From a virus (taxonomy: Duplodnaviria > Caudoviricetes), in the IMG/VR virus record IMGVR_UViG_3300032216_001891, positions 32,001 through 96,000 of that record: a stretch of 64,000 nt of DNA; one strand, 5' to 3'. A program made the translations under genes and the position numbers. Every line of letters begins with the position of its first letter. Within the stretch, counting starts at the first letter, position 1. Positions 39,409-49,670 of this stretch are shown here, one piece after another. The notes beneath the pieces were generated by a model. It did no database searches. It saw nothing but the letters and a program-made list of their open reading frames with translations, and was not told where the DNA came from.

Positions 39409-40786
39409 AAGTGATTTTATGTCTGCTGCGGAGCAGATGCAAGCAAAACTTGGCAACTCACTCTGCTTGGCCAAATGGCAACAGGTGAGTCTACATCTTC
39501 CCACCGGTCTCAACAATTCATGTTACCATCCTCCCTTGCATCCAATAGATGCCTCGGTGTTACAAGATAATCCCAGTGCATTACACAACACCGAGTATAA
39601 AAAATCTCAACGCATCATCATGTTGAAAAATGAAAAACCCAGTGAATGCAGTTATTGTTGGAACATAGAAGCACATGGGCAATTGAGCGATAGACATTAT
39701 CGTTCCAGCGAACCCTGGGCCGTAGAACATTACGAAGCAATCAAAAACTCTCGAGGAGACGAAGATGTTGTACCTAGTTATGTGGAAGTTAATTTTAATC
39801 ATGCCTGCAACTTGGCTTGTAGTTATTGTAGCCCCCAATTCAGTAGCACCTGGCAAGCTGAGGTTGATCGGTGGGGCGGTTTCCCTACTAGTCGTGTCCA
39901 TAATGATCCTAGCCACTTTGTGGGTCGTAATAGACCTATACCAGCTAGTCAAGATAATCCTTACGTAGATGCATTTTGGCGTTGGTGGCCAGAACTGTAT
40001 CCCAAACTGCGACACTTTAGAATGACCGGTGGTGAACCACTAATGGATCGGAACACTTATCGAGTGTTTGATTATGTGTTGGCCATGCCAAAACCCGATT
40101 TGCATTTAAATGTCACCAGCAACTTCAGTGTGGAACCGGTGCTGTTTGAACGATATTTGGGCTATGTAAAACAGTTATGTACAACACAGATAGAACATTT
40201 CATGCAGTATGTCAGCTTGGATTCTGGCAACATCAAACATGCAGAATATATCCGACACGGGTTGAATATGAATCGACTACATGAATATGTCAACAGATAC
40301 TTGACAGAAGTTCCCTATCGCAACAGTCTAACATTCATCATCACCATGAATAATTTAACTGTGCTGGGTCTACAACGTCAACTGCAATGGATACTGGATT
40401 TAAGAAAACGTCACAGTACCACATACCAACGTGTTTGGTTTGATACTCCCTTGCTACGTACACCCACATGGCAAAGTTTACAAATACTGCCACCGGTGTA
40501 TGTGGGTGTGTTAGAACGTGTGGCTGACTGGATGGAACTGCGTTTAGAAACAGCAGAAGATCCATTTCACGGATTCAAAGATTACGAAGTACAACGCCTA
40601 CGCAGAGACATAGCATGGATGCAGGAAGGTTGCAAGTTGGACCCCGACTATGTTAAACTGCAACGTGCAGACTTTTATCGTTTCTTCAACGAGCACGACA
40701 AAAGACGTCAAACAGATTTTTTAACTACTTTTCCCGAAATGCGTGAATTTTGGAAAGAATGCGAATACCATGCCAAAAATACATAA
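39398..40786 (+). CDS. Radical SAM enzyme with N-terminal twitch-like domain (1)
   Basis: CNLACSYC, GGEP; N-terminal CLAKW..SCYH..CSYC. Confidence 0.88.
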   Translation: MTNKSDFMSAAEQMQAKLGNSLCLAKWQQVSLHLPTGLNNSCYHPPLHPIDASVLQDNPSALHNTEYKKSQRIIMLKNEKPSECSYCWNIEAHGQLSDRHYRSSEPWAVEHYEAIKNSRGDEDVVPSYVEVNFNHACNLACSYCSPQFSSTWQAEVDRWGGFPTSRVHNDPSHFVGRNRPIPASQDNPYVDAFWRWWPELYPKLRHFRMTGGEPLMDRNTYRVFDYVLAMPKPDLHLNVTSNFSVEPVLFERYLGYVKQLCTTQIEHFMQYVSLDSGNIKHAEYIRHGLNMNRLHEYVNRYLTEVPYRNSLTFIITMNNLTVLGLQRQLQWILDLRKRHSTTYQRVWFDTPLLRTPTWQSLQILPPVYVGVLERVADWMELRLETAEDPFHGFKDYEVQRLRRDIAWMQEGCKLDPDYVKLQRADFYRFFNEHDKRRQTDFLTTFPEMREFWKECEYHAKNT

Positions 40787-42125
40787 AGAAACAGATTTAG
40801 AATATCGACGCAGAGTAATTGACATCAAGAGTGAAAGCTTCTGCGGCGCGAAATGGTACAACGCCACTGTATGGCTGGGATCGGGTCAAACCACCAGTTG
40901 TCACCATCCCTTGCCACATCAAATAGACATCAACGAGATTCGTACAAACCCCAAAGCCATACACAACACACAAAAGAAAAAAATGGAACGCGAACAGATG
41001 CAACGCGGAGAACGGCCCGCCGGTTGCGAGTACTGTTGGAAAATAGAAGACATTGGAAGAGACAACATAAGTGATAGAGTTTACAAAACAGTTATATATT
41101 CAGACAAGGACTTAAGAGATGCATTCGCTCAGCCAGCCAGCACAGATGTGGATTTACAAACGCTTGAAATCGCTTTTGATCGCACATGCAATTTTGGGTG
41201 TAGTTACTGTAACCCTGCTTTCAGCAGCACTTGGGTTAAAGATATCAACTCCTTGGGTGCTTATACCGGTCTCGTTTCAGACGGCAGGAATCATTTTACT
41301 CATAATCATGCAAGTAGTCAGCTTTATCAATTTGGTGAGCGTAATCCTTACGTTGAAGCGTTCTTTGCATGGTGGGAATCAAGTCTCCACAGCACACTAC
41401 AGGAGCTTCGACTAACTGGAGGAGAACCTCTAATGAGTGCAGAAACTTGGAGATTGCTGGATTGGTTTAAACACAATAATGCGAATCCGGCAATGCGGCT
41501 TGCAATCAATAGCAACTTGGGCGCCAAACAGGAGTTAATAGATAGATTAATTGCAGCAACACAACATATTGAACATTTTCATTTGTACACCAGTAATGAA
41601 AGCATGGGTACACAAAGTGAATACATCAGAGACGGGCTGGTGTGGGACACGTGGATCAACACAGTGGATCGAGTATTGACCAATGGTAAAATAGAAGGAT
41701 TTCACATGATGTGTACCATCAATGCCCTGTGCCTAGATAGCCTTGACAGTTTCTTGGAGTGTTGCATGAACTGGAAACGCAAATATGGTGCTGACTTCCC
41801 CACCTTCTCACTAAATATATTGCGATTTCCAAGCTTTCAGAGCGCCTTGGTATTGCCGGACAGCATACGCAAGCAATATCAATCAAAGTTACAAACATGG
41901 CTAAATGCAAACACAGGGGATCCGTTACTGCATCAATTCGAAATCAATCAAGTACAGCGTTTGATAGATTATTTAGATGTAGTCAAAACTCCGCATGCGG
42001 GTGCAGCAGAGCAATCGGTATTACAACAAGACTTTAAACAATTTTACACACAATATGATCAACGCAGAAATAAAAACTTTGCAGAGACATTTCCCGACCT
42101 AGCAAAATGGTATAACTCACTATAA
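40770..42125 (+). CDS. Radical SAM enzyme with N-terminal twitch-like domain (2)
   Basis: CNFGCSYC, GGEP; CGAKW..SCHH..CEYC. Confidence 0.88.
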   Translation: MPKIHKETDLEYRRRVIDIKSESFCGAKWYNATVWLGSGQTTSCHHPLPHQIDINEIRTNPKAIHNTQKKKMEREQMQRGERPAGCEYCWKIEDIGRDNISDRVYKTVIYSDKDLRDAFAQPASTDVDLQTLEIAFDRTCNFGCSYCNPAFSSTWVKDINSLGAYTGLVSDGRNHFTHNHASSQLYQFGERNPYVEAFFAWWESSLHSTLQELRLTGGEPLMSAETWRLLDWFKHNNANPAMRLAINSNLGAKQELIDRLIAATQHIEHFHLYTSNESMGTQSEYIRDGLVWDTWINTVDRVLTNGKIEGFHMMCTINALCLDSLDSFLECCMNWKRKYGADFPTFSLNILRFPSFQSALVLPDSIRKQYQSKLQTWLNANTGDPLLHQFEINQVQRLIDYLDVVKTPHAGAAEQSVLQQDFKQFYTQYDQRRNKNFAETFPDLAKWYNSL

Positions 42126-43441
42126 TGGCAGATAACATAGAAGACTACTACAAAGATTACAATTACGGTGCACGTAAGCCGGTGTATATCAAAGAAGAAG
42201 CGTTACGCACAGATCAACTTGATAGACTGGTCAAGAGCAATGAGTTTTGTATGATTCCTTGGATACACATGCATGCTTTTCCCGATGGACGTGCCTATCC
42301 CTGTTGTTTAAGTGAGCCCGGACATCCCATTGGAAATCTTAAAACTCAAACCATGCGAGAGATTTGGAATGATGCACCGCTAAAACAAATGCGAGTCAAC
42401 ATGCTGAACAACACGCCGTCAAAAGAATGTACTAAATGTTACGAGCAAGAAAACAGTCGCTTGTTCAGCATGAGAGAAAGTGCCAACAAAAACTTTGGTC
42501 ACCACATTGGCCTAGTGGACAACACCCTGCCGGACGGTTCTTACGAAGATTTCAAACTGCGTTACTACGATATTCGCTTCAGCAACCTTTGCAATTTTGC
42601 ATGCAGAACCTGTGGTGGAATCTTCAGCAGTAACTGGTACAAAGACGAAAAAGCTGCAGGATGGGATCCCAAGCATCCACAGATAATGTATGCAGGCCGA
42701 GACAAGGGCGACATGTGGCAACAGATGCAAGAACACATTCCACATCTTGAACAGATCTATTGGGCCGGCGGCGAACCCTTGATCATGGAAGAGCACTGGA
42801 AAGTACTAGATGAGTTGGTTCGTCGTGAAATGTTTCATGTACGATTAATTTATAACACCAACTTCAGCGAACTTAAATTCAAAGGTCGAGACGTACTTGA
42901 AATGTGGAAACTGTTTGATTGTGTCAGTGTAGGAGCCAGTCTTGATGGCAGTTATGCTAGAGGAGAATACATACGTAAAGGTCAAGTGTGGAAAGAAACT
43001 GTAGAGAATCGTGAACGCATGTTGGCAATATGTCCCAATGTAGATTTTTATGTATCCAGTACTGTCAGCATGATGAATGTGTTGCATATCACAGACTTTC
43101 ACAGAGAGTGGGCGGATCTAGGTTTGTTACGTCCGATGGATTGGAATATTAATATACTGCAACACCCACATCGCTACAGAGTAGATGTACTGCCCAAACA
43201 TTTAAAACAACAGGCACAAGACAAAATTGAAGAACATCTGGCGTGGTTACGTCCCTTGGATACATTGTCTCGTGCCACATCGGGTTACGAGGGTGTTGTT
43301 AACTTTATGATGCAACAGGACAGCACACATGAACTAAAGAGTTTTTTCCATACAAACGATATTATTGATCGTGTACGCAATGAAGATTTTTTTAAAATAT
43401 TTCCGGAACTAAATGACATTCAGCAATACAAAACTACCTAG
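42125..43441 (+). CDS. Radical SAM enzyme with N-terminal twitch-like domain (3)
   Basis: CNFACRTC, GGEP; CMIPW..PCC..CTKC. Confidence 0.88.
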   Translation: MADNIEDYYKDYNYGARKPVYIKEEALRTDQLDRLVKSNEFCMIPWIHMHAFPDGRAYPCCLSEPGHPIGNLKTQTMREIWNDAPLKQMRVNMLNNTPSKECTKCYEQENSRLFSMRESANKNFGHHIGLVDNTLPDGSYEDFKLRYYDIRFSNLCNFACRTCGGIFSSNWYKDEKAAGWDPKHPQIMYAGRDKGDMWQQMQEHIPHLEQIYWAGGEPLIMEEHWKVLDELVRREMFHVRLIYNTNFSELKFKGRDVLEMWKLFDCVSVGASLDGSYARGEYIRKGQVWKETVENRERMLAICPNVDFYVSSTVSMMNVLHITDFHREWADLGLLRPMDWNINILQHPHRYRVDVLPKHLKQQAQDKIEEHLAWLRPLDTLSRATSGYEGVVNFMMQQDSTHELKSFFHTNDIIDRVRNEDFFKIFPELNDIQQYKTT

Positions 43442-44648
43442 TACCATATGTATGTTACCTTGGATCAGCGTGGAAGCCAGTCCCATGGGCACAGTGCGAC
43501 CTTGCTGTTTAGCACACGATGAGATCCCAGATGAGCACGGAGTCAAATACGATTTAAACAAGACCGATCTAGAGACTGTGTATAAAAGCCGATATATGCA
43601 GGAGTTACGTCAGCAATTTCGTGCAGGAGAAAAGCCTGCCACCTGTACACGATGCTGGGACGAAGAAGTTGCGGGCCGAGCTAGTAAAAGAATGCACACA
43701 CAGGTTCGATTAAAAGAAATGTATCCGCAAGTGGACTGGGCTAATGACGACCCTGATCAACTTTGGTTTGTTGATTTGAAACTGGGAAACATTTGTAATC
43801 TCAAATGTCGTATTTGCGGCTCGTGGAGTAGCAGCAAATGGGCCGAAGAAGAAATGGCATACTTGCCTGCCTCTGTAGATAAAAAATCACACATAGCCTA
43901 TACATGGTTACGACAAGGTGCATGGCCACGTAAGACAGAAACGTTCTGGGACAACATGCGAGAATTATTGCCCAACATACGGTATATAGAATTCACCGGT
44001 GGCGAACCCTGGTTAATCCAAGAACATTTTGATCTTTTAAAGTATGCAGTGTTGCGTGGACACAGCAAGAATATTGATCTACACTACAACACCAATGCCA
44101 CACAAGACCCCTCACAAGAACATTTTAATTTATGGGACGAGTTTGGCCGTGTGGATATTGCGTTTAGTATTGACAATGTTGGAGATAGATTTGAATATGA
44201 ACGCTACGGGGCAAAGTGGGATCAAGCAAATGCAATAGTTGACAAAATACATCGTTTTAGAACATTTCGCCACGGTGCTATTACTACACAGTTATGTTTC
44301 ACTATTAATATACAGAATGTTTACTATCTAGATGAGCTACTTGCTTGGGCCGACACAAAAAGGTTTGGCAGTGTATACTTTAACATGTTGCACAGTCCCA
44401 ACCATATGAGCATACAGAATATGACACCAGCCGCACGGGAATTAGTGTTGAATAAACTCAAAACAACCTTCTGGACTACGGACAAATACCAACAAGAAAT
44501 TGACAGTGTGATTCGATTTATTGAACTGGGCACAGGTAGTGATGGTGCAGAGTTTTTAAGACAGATGCAACAGACCGATGCGTATCGCAAGCAATGCTTT
44601 ACAGATACACATGAAGAAATAGCCAAGGCCATGGGATATGAAACCTAA
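43413..44648 (+). CDS. Radical SAM enzyme with N-terminal twitch-like domain (4)
   Basis: CNLKCRIC, GGEP; CMLPW..PCC..CTRC. Confidence 0.88.
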   Translation: MTFSNTKLPSTICMLPWISVEASPMGTVRPCCLAHDEIPDEHGVKYDLNKTDLETVYKSRYMQELRQQFRAGEKPATCTRCWDEEVAGRASKRMHTQVRLKEMYPQVDWANDDPDQLWFVDLKLGNICNLKCRICGSWSSSKWAEEEMAYLPASVDKKSHIAYTWLRQGAWPRKTETFWDNMRELLPNIRYIEFTGGEPWLIQEHFDLLKYAVLRGHSKNIDLHYNTNATQDPSQEHFNLWDEFGRVDIAFSIDNVGDRFEYERYGAKWDQANAIVDKIHRFRTFRHGAITTQLCFTINIQNVYYLDELLAWADTKRFGSVYFNMLHSPNHMSIQNMTPAARELVLNKLKTTFWTTDKYQQEIDSVIRFIELGTGSDGAEFLRQMQQTDAYRKQCFTDTHEEIAKAMGYET

Positions 44649-45621
44649 ACTTGTAGTTTTTTCTGGCAACAATAATCTAACAGTTCCCCAAGTGGAGCAA
44701 AATATTACTGAATCGTTTGACTTAGAGTTCTACGATCCCTTGGTCAATTATGATAAATTGTCCACAGTGTTTGCAGTAAATCAATTTCAATACCACAGCA
44801 ATAAAACATCTGTGGATGCCTTGATCAATGACGGGTACAAATTTGTATTTGAAAATCTACACGAACCCAATCCAATATTGACAGAATTTATAAATTATCC
44901 CAATATATTGTTTATGTTTGCATCGATCAACTGCAAAGTGCAGGGTGTTAATATGGTGCCTGTGCCTTTGTATTTTTGGTATTGCGAAAGCAAATCGTGG
45001 TCAGGCATGGTGCTAGATTATCGTACTCTTGAGCGACAACATCAATTTGAAAAAAAGTTTCTGCTCATGATGAATTATGCAAAAACTTTTAGAAATCAAA
45101 TATACAATAAATTTGCCGATATATTAGATCAATCACTACACAGTTATGTTGGCCAAGGCATAAGACTGCATGGAGACGTAGATTGCAACACACTGCATTG
45201 GGACAGGTATATCAATCCCGACTGGTACAATAAAACACAATTCTCCGCAGTGGTAGAAACTTGGATGCACACGGAACCAGGGGATATTTTTATAACAGAA
45301 AAATCAATGAAACCTTTTGCACTGAAACATCCTTTTATAAGCCTAAGCTGTAAAAATACCGTTGCTTTACTAAAACAAAGTGGTTTTGAAAGTTTTGAAA
45401 ATTTATTTGATGAGTCGTATGATGCTGTGGATTTGTATACCGACAGAATAGACAGTGTTTACCATCAAATACAATCTTATCAATCATTCAAAACCGACTA
45501 TGACACTGTTACAAAACAAAAACTAGAACATAATTACAATTGGTTTTACAACAGCCAAGAAGTGGATCTTAGGTATAAATCAGAAGTAATAAACCCAATA
45601 CTGGAATTTATAAATGCATAA
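44638..45621 (+). CDS. Glycosyltransferase-like protein (GT-B; ITEK motif reminiscent of GT10)
   Basis: VVET..FITEKSMKPF..HPF..GFESF..FDESYD; paralog of 52835. Confidence 0.5.
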   Translation: MKPKLVVFSGNNNLTVPQVEQNITESFDLEFYDPLVNYDKLSTVFAVNQFQYHSNKTSVDALINDGYKFVFENLHEPNPILTEFINYPNILFMFASINCKVQGVNMVPVPLYFWYCESKSWSGMVLDYRTLERQHQFEKKFLLMMNYAKTFRNQIYNKFADILDQSLHSYVGQGIRLHGDVDCNTLHWDRYINPDWYNKTQFSAVVETWMHTEPGDIFITEKSMKPFALKHPFISLSCKNTVALLKQSGFESFENLFDESYDAVDLYTDRIDSVYHQIQSYQSFKTDYDTVTKQKLEHNYNWFYNSQEVDLRYKSEVINPILEFINA

Positions 45622-46903
45622 ACCCAATACCTTGTGCATGGCCGCTTGGTGCCACACTTATCTAAGTCCGCAAACAGAGAGAAGAATGTGCTGTGCATCA
45701 AGAGAACCAGCACAGAACTTTGAGCAGTACATAGACACCGCCGCTGGCACAGGTGAGTATCGACCCATTACTTTAGACGAACACTGGAACAGTGATCACA
45801 TGCGGAGTGTGAGACGTAGAATGATGGCGGGAGAAACCTTGCCCGAGTGTGCGGTATGTAACGATCAACTGCTCAACACTGATGTTTACCGCAGTTATTT
45901 CAACAACATGTTTGGCCATAAGTATGAATATGCAATGGCAAACACAGATGCCGAAGGATATACAACTGTAAAGCCGGTGTCGTGGGATTATAGATTCAGT
46001 AATCTTTGTAATTTTAAATGTCGTATGTGTGGTGATATGTTGTCAAGTGCGTGGGAAACAGAACAACGCCAACACAACATGATTGACTACACAAATACAA
46101 AAAACAATTGGATGCGACCCGAAGTTAAACAACAAATTACTCAGTTTCAAGACACACAGATTGAAGCAGAATTCAGTGAGGCAGTGGAACAGCATAGAAT
46201 AGAAGAAGTATATTGGGTAGGTGGCGAACCGTTGATGTATGAACAGCATTGGCGGTATATGAAAAGAATAATAGAACTGGGAGACGGTAAAAATGTTTAC
46301 GCTAGATACAATACAAATCTCAGTAGGATTGATTATCGTGGTGTTAATCTCTATCGGGACATACTGTCTGGGCTACGTGACTGGCAAATCTGTGCAAGCA
46401 TCGATGGCACGGGAAGAATTGGAGAGTATATTAGAACAGGTCTTGATTTTACTCAGTGGCTTGAGAACATCCGCCAAGGAATTGCGATCCAACGTCATAG
46501 CCGCCAAATCCGTTTGGACTTCACTCTTACTACACCAGGACTCTTTGAAGTACAAGCGATACAAAAACTCGCGGAAGAACTAGGAGTAGAGGTATTAGCC
46601 AAAGTGGTTTTCAGTTTCACCCCTGATATTGTCATGAGCCCGTTGGCCTTACCCCGAGAGCTGTTGCATCCGTGGGTGGACGAAATCATCTCTGGTTTGA
46701 AGCCTGGTGCTTTGAAGGATATACTGGTACAACTGAAAAACCGGCCCACCTTTGCGGAACAATGGCCCCTTGAATATTCTGCAGGACTCAAACGGGGGAA
46801 AAATCGTATAGAAACTCTTGAATCTATCCGACGAGACGTGTATACTATGAAAGATATACTGGCAGAACGACCTGCGGTATTGACATGGTGGAATTCAATA
46901 TGA
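45614..46903 (+). CDS. Radical SAM enzyme with N-terminal twitch-like domain (5)
   Basis: CNFKCRMC, GGEP; CMAAW..MCC..CAVC. Confidence 0.88.
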   Translation: MHKPNTLCMAAWCHTYLSPQTERRMCCASREPAQNFEQYIDTAAGTGEYRPITLDEHWNSDHMRSVRRRMMAGETLPECAVCNDQLLNTDVYRSYFNNMFGHKYEYAMANTDAEGYTTVKPVSWDYRFSNLCNFKCRMCGDMLSSAWETEQRQHNMIDYTNTKNNWMRPEVKQQITQFQDTQIEAEFSEAVEQHRIEEVYWVGGEPLMYEQHWRYMKRIIELGDGKNVYARYNTNLSRIDYRGVNLYRDILSGLRDWQICASIDGTGRIGEYIRTGLDFTQWLENIRQGIAIQRHSRQIRLDFTLTTPGLFEVQAIQKLAEELGVEVLAKVVFSFTPDIVMSPLALPRELLHPWVDEIISGLKPGALKDILVQLKNRPTFAEQWPLEYSAGLKRGKNRIETLESIRRDVYTMKDILAERPAVLTWWNSI

Positions 46904-47109
46904 TAACAGTAACGGTGCCTTATACACGAGACATAGTACTATATTCAGACATGCAAATATGGGCAATAGACCATTGCTCAAGTTTTTTAACATGTAATTT
47001 CATACACGACGAATTAGATAGAACCAATTGGCACACTGAGTTTCAGTTCTGTGACGAGGGTGAAGCGGCTTGGTTCAAATTAAAATGGGCAGGTTTAATC
47101 AATGAGTAA
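46900..47109 (+). CDS. Small hypothetical protein
   Basis: ATGA overlap with the upstream stop; ends AAWFKLKW. Confidence 0.55.
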   Translation: MITVTVPYTRDIVLYSDMQIWAIDHCSSFLTCNFIHDELDRTNWHTEFQFCDEGEAAWFKLKWAGLINE

Positions 47110-48181
47110 AGTTCAAATAGTACTACGCAATCCCCTACGCCATCAAGAACAGATAGACTACACCATTGTTGCCAATGACACTGAACTGGCACAGGATTGG
47201 ATTTCAGCTTTGAAACTGTTGCTACAGAGTGGAAAACTGCTGGAGAAGAATTTTTGCTTCATGGGCTTTCCCCGCACTGCTAGAAACTTGGATTATTTGT
47301 GCGGAGAATTAAATCAACATGTAACAACAATTAACAATTTTTTCTTTGACTATCAAATTGCAGAAACATACACGCCCGACACAGTGCGTGGACATGACTA
47401 TGCTGAAAATGGCATCAACCATGCAGTAATGAATACTTTACACAATCACTTTGAGCGATTGCAAGGCACAGTTGATGATCTAAGCACCTATTACCGAAAC
47501 GCAAATTATGACGTCAAGTATGCTATACGTCAGTTAAACAATCTTTGTCACGAAATGGAAGGTTTGATACTGAGTCAGCGTAAGCTGGCCACAGCACCCT
47601 ACTGGGTACGTCCCAGTCAGATCACCACATTCCTAAATGCCGACAGATACGATTTAAAGGATACTCACAGAACGGGATTTGTCACCAACGGATATGATCG
47701 AATATTGGGCGGTGTATACATGCACTGGACACAGATAGGTAAAACATTATTTGAGGTTTTCCGAGACGAATCGGCTCCACGATTAACAGCAGCAGTGTGT
47801 GAAGCTGTTACTGAATTACAATACTATTCAGGCGAGTTTGACGTAGAGTGGGGCAATGATATTGTACGCAACAGTGGGCATCCTTGGCACGACAAAGAGC
47901 AAAGTCATTTTGAGGCTTGGTTAATTGAAAATGGACGCGATCCCAAAGATCCCAAACTCAGTCTAGGATACTTGCCCTTGGGACAAGTAGACCTACGCAG
48001 TAGTTTTGGAACTGCTAAAAGTTCAGAAGTATGGGAAATATTATCAGCACACTTGGACATCTATCGTATAGAAGTCGACGGGGTATCACAGACATTTGAC
48101 TACTGCTGGAGTGATGCCAATTACCAACAACAGCAAATCAACATGATGAGGCCGGGGTATGATTATAGTAGCCGGGGATAG
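47102..48181 (+). CDS. Hypothetical protein
   Basis: 359-aa ORF in the operon; LHNHFE and LCHEME His/Glu motifs. Confidence 0.65.
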   Translation: MSKVQIVLRNPLRHQEQIDYTIVANDTELAQDWISALKLLLQSGKLLEKNFCFMGFPRTARNLDYLCGELNQHVTTINNFFFDYQIAETYTPDTVRGHDYAENGINHAVMNTLHNHFERLQGTVDDLSTYYRNANYDVKYAIRQLNNLCHEMEGLILSQRKLATAPYWVRPSQITTFLNADRYDLKDTHRTGFVTNGYDRILGGVYMHWTQIGKTLFEVFRDESAPRLTAAVCEAVTELQYYSGEFDVEWGNDIVRNSGHPWHDKEQSHFEAWLIENGRDPKDPKLSLGYLPLGQVDLRSSFGTAKSSEVWEILSAHLDIYRIEVDGVSQTFDYCWSDANYQQQQINMMRPGYDYSSRG

Positions 48182-48929
48182 TTTTGTGTATGGTAGCGAG
48201 TTAAAAGATGCTACAAAAACATTCCCCAAAATATTAGCACAGCAGTACGAGGATATATCTTGGCCCGGATATGCCAATGACAGCATAGCACGAACTACAA
48301 TAGAACGTTGCGAACAGGGCGGAGTCACAGGTGTGATTGTGAGTTGGACATTTCCGGGAAGATACGAATTTAGATTCGCATACAATACCAAACAAATAAA
48401 AAGTCCTTGGTATAGTATTAATGCATGGACAATAAAAGAAAATATAAAAGAAATTGAAGAAGAATTTATCACCAAGAATCAAAATATTCTTAATGCACAA
48501 ATAGATACCATTAATCGTGCAAGACAAACTGGTGTGGCTGAATTCGCTGATGCTTTTTACAAACACGTTGGTTCCACTGAATATTGGGAAATATACAGTA
48601 GTCTCAAAGAAATTGTATATCTGCAAAACTATCTTAAAATAAAATTAATACCTTTTATGTTTACCTGTGCTGATACTATATTATTTTATCATGCAACTAA
48701 ACCAGACAGTGTACTTGATAGTTTGTTTTATCAAATTGATTTTGATCATTGGTTTTTATTTCCTCCAGCAACTGAACCGCAAAACACCACAACACCAAGA
48801 GGTTTTTACCAGTGGGCCATAGAGAATAAATATCCAGTGGGTACCACACATCCACTAGAGTCAGCACATCAAGCAGCAGCCAACTTAATACAGGAGAAAT
48901 TCAATGAATTGGTTACGAAATTTATATAA
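48159..48929 (+). CDS. SGNH/GDSL hydrolase-like protein
   Basis: AGDSFVYG block I; C-terminal THPLESAH. Confidence 0.7.
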   Translation: MIIVAGDSFVYGSELKDATKTFPKILAQQYEDISWPGYANDSIARTTIERCEQGGVTGVIVSWTFPGRYEFRFAYNTKQIKSPWYSINAWTIKENIKEIEEEFITKNQNILNAQIDTINRARQTGVAEFADAFYKHVGSTEYWEIYSSLKEIVYLQNYLKIKLIPFMFTCADTILFYHATKPDSVLDSLFYQIDFDHWFLFPPATEPQNTTTPRGFYQWAIENKYPVGTTHPLESAHQAAANLIQEKFNELVTKFI

Positions 48930-49005
48930 CAGATTTGTATTAGAACGACGCTATCGCAAAAAACTCAAAGAGTTGCGTCGAAGAGATCCTTTTATTTACA
49001 AATGA
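48904..49005 (+). CDS. 33-aa basic peptide, SxtK/DUF5989-like ends
   Basis: MNWLRNLYNRFVLERRYRKKLKELRRRDPFIYK; AGGAGA SD at 48892; ATGA overlap with the next gene; below the ORF-track cut-off. Confidence 0.7.
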   Translation: MNWLRNLYNRFVLERRYRKKLKELRRRDPFIYK

Positions 49006-49670
49006 TCAAAAGTATACTAGCAGTGGGTGACAGTTTTACCTACGGTGATGAATTAACAACCACAGATGATGCTTATCCTTATCTTTTGGGGGGAAAGATC
49101 AACGCTCGAGTTGACAATCAAGCACGTCCGGGATCGGGTAACACTCGCATGATTAGAACTGTGATTGATCATGTGTCTCGTAACTGTCCCATGAATATTG
49201 ATTTGGCCGATTTGATCATCATAGGTTGGACCAGCCCGGGACGCATGGAATTTGCAGATGCCAGTGGTATCTTTGACGTATGGCCCGGGTACCCCGGACA
49301 CACATTTGATCGCGAAGGGCAACTGTGGCGACTGGAATTGATAGACTATGTAAATAAACACCATGATCCTCGGTATTTGTACCAACAATATTTGTTAAAT
49401 GTTATTATGTTACAGACTTTTTTAAAAAGTCACAATCAACGCTATGTCATGTTAACCACGGTGAGTAACGAATATTATCACAATACTTGTTATTCACAAT
49501 TCACACATCTAACACAATTAATAGACCCGGAGCATTATTTAGGATGGCCCCAACAGGGCATGGCCGAGTGGACACAGGGCTGTGCCCGCGGACCCAGAGG
49601 TCATTTTTTAGAAGAGGGTCACCAACGAATAGCAGAGAGAATATACAAACATGTCAATTCTTGGAATTAG
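49002..49670 (+). CDS. SGNH/GDSL hydrolase-like protein
   Basis: VGDSFTYG, PGSGN, GHFLEEGH. Confidence 0.72.
   Translation: MIKSILAVGDSFTYGDELTTTDDAYPYLLGGKINARVDNQARPGSGNTRMIRTVIDHVSRNCPMNIDLADLIIIGWTSPGRMEFADASGIFDVWPGYPGHTFDREGQLWRLELIDYVNKHHDPRYLYQQYLLNVIMLQTFLKSHNQRYVMLTTVSNEYYHNTCYSQFTHLTQLIDPEHYLGWPQQGMAEWTQGCARGPRGHFLEEGHQRIAERIYKHVNSWN

Noticed and set aside
39398-39430. TTGACA as an internal promoter
   Set aside because: No -10 hexamer at 16-18 nt spacing; it coincides with the TTG start codon.
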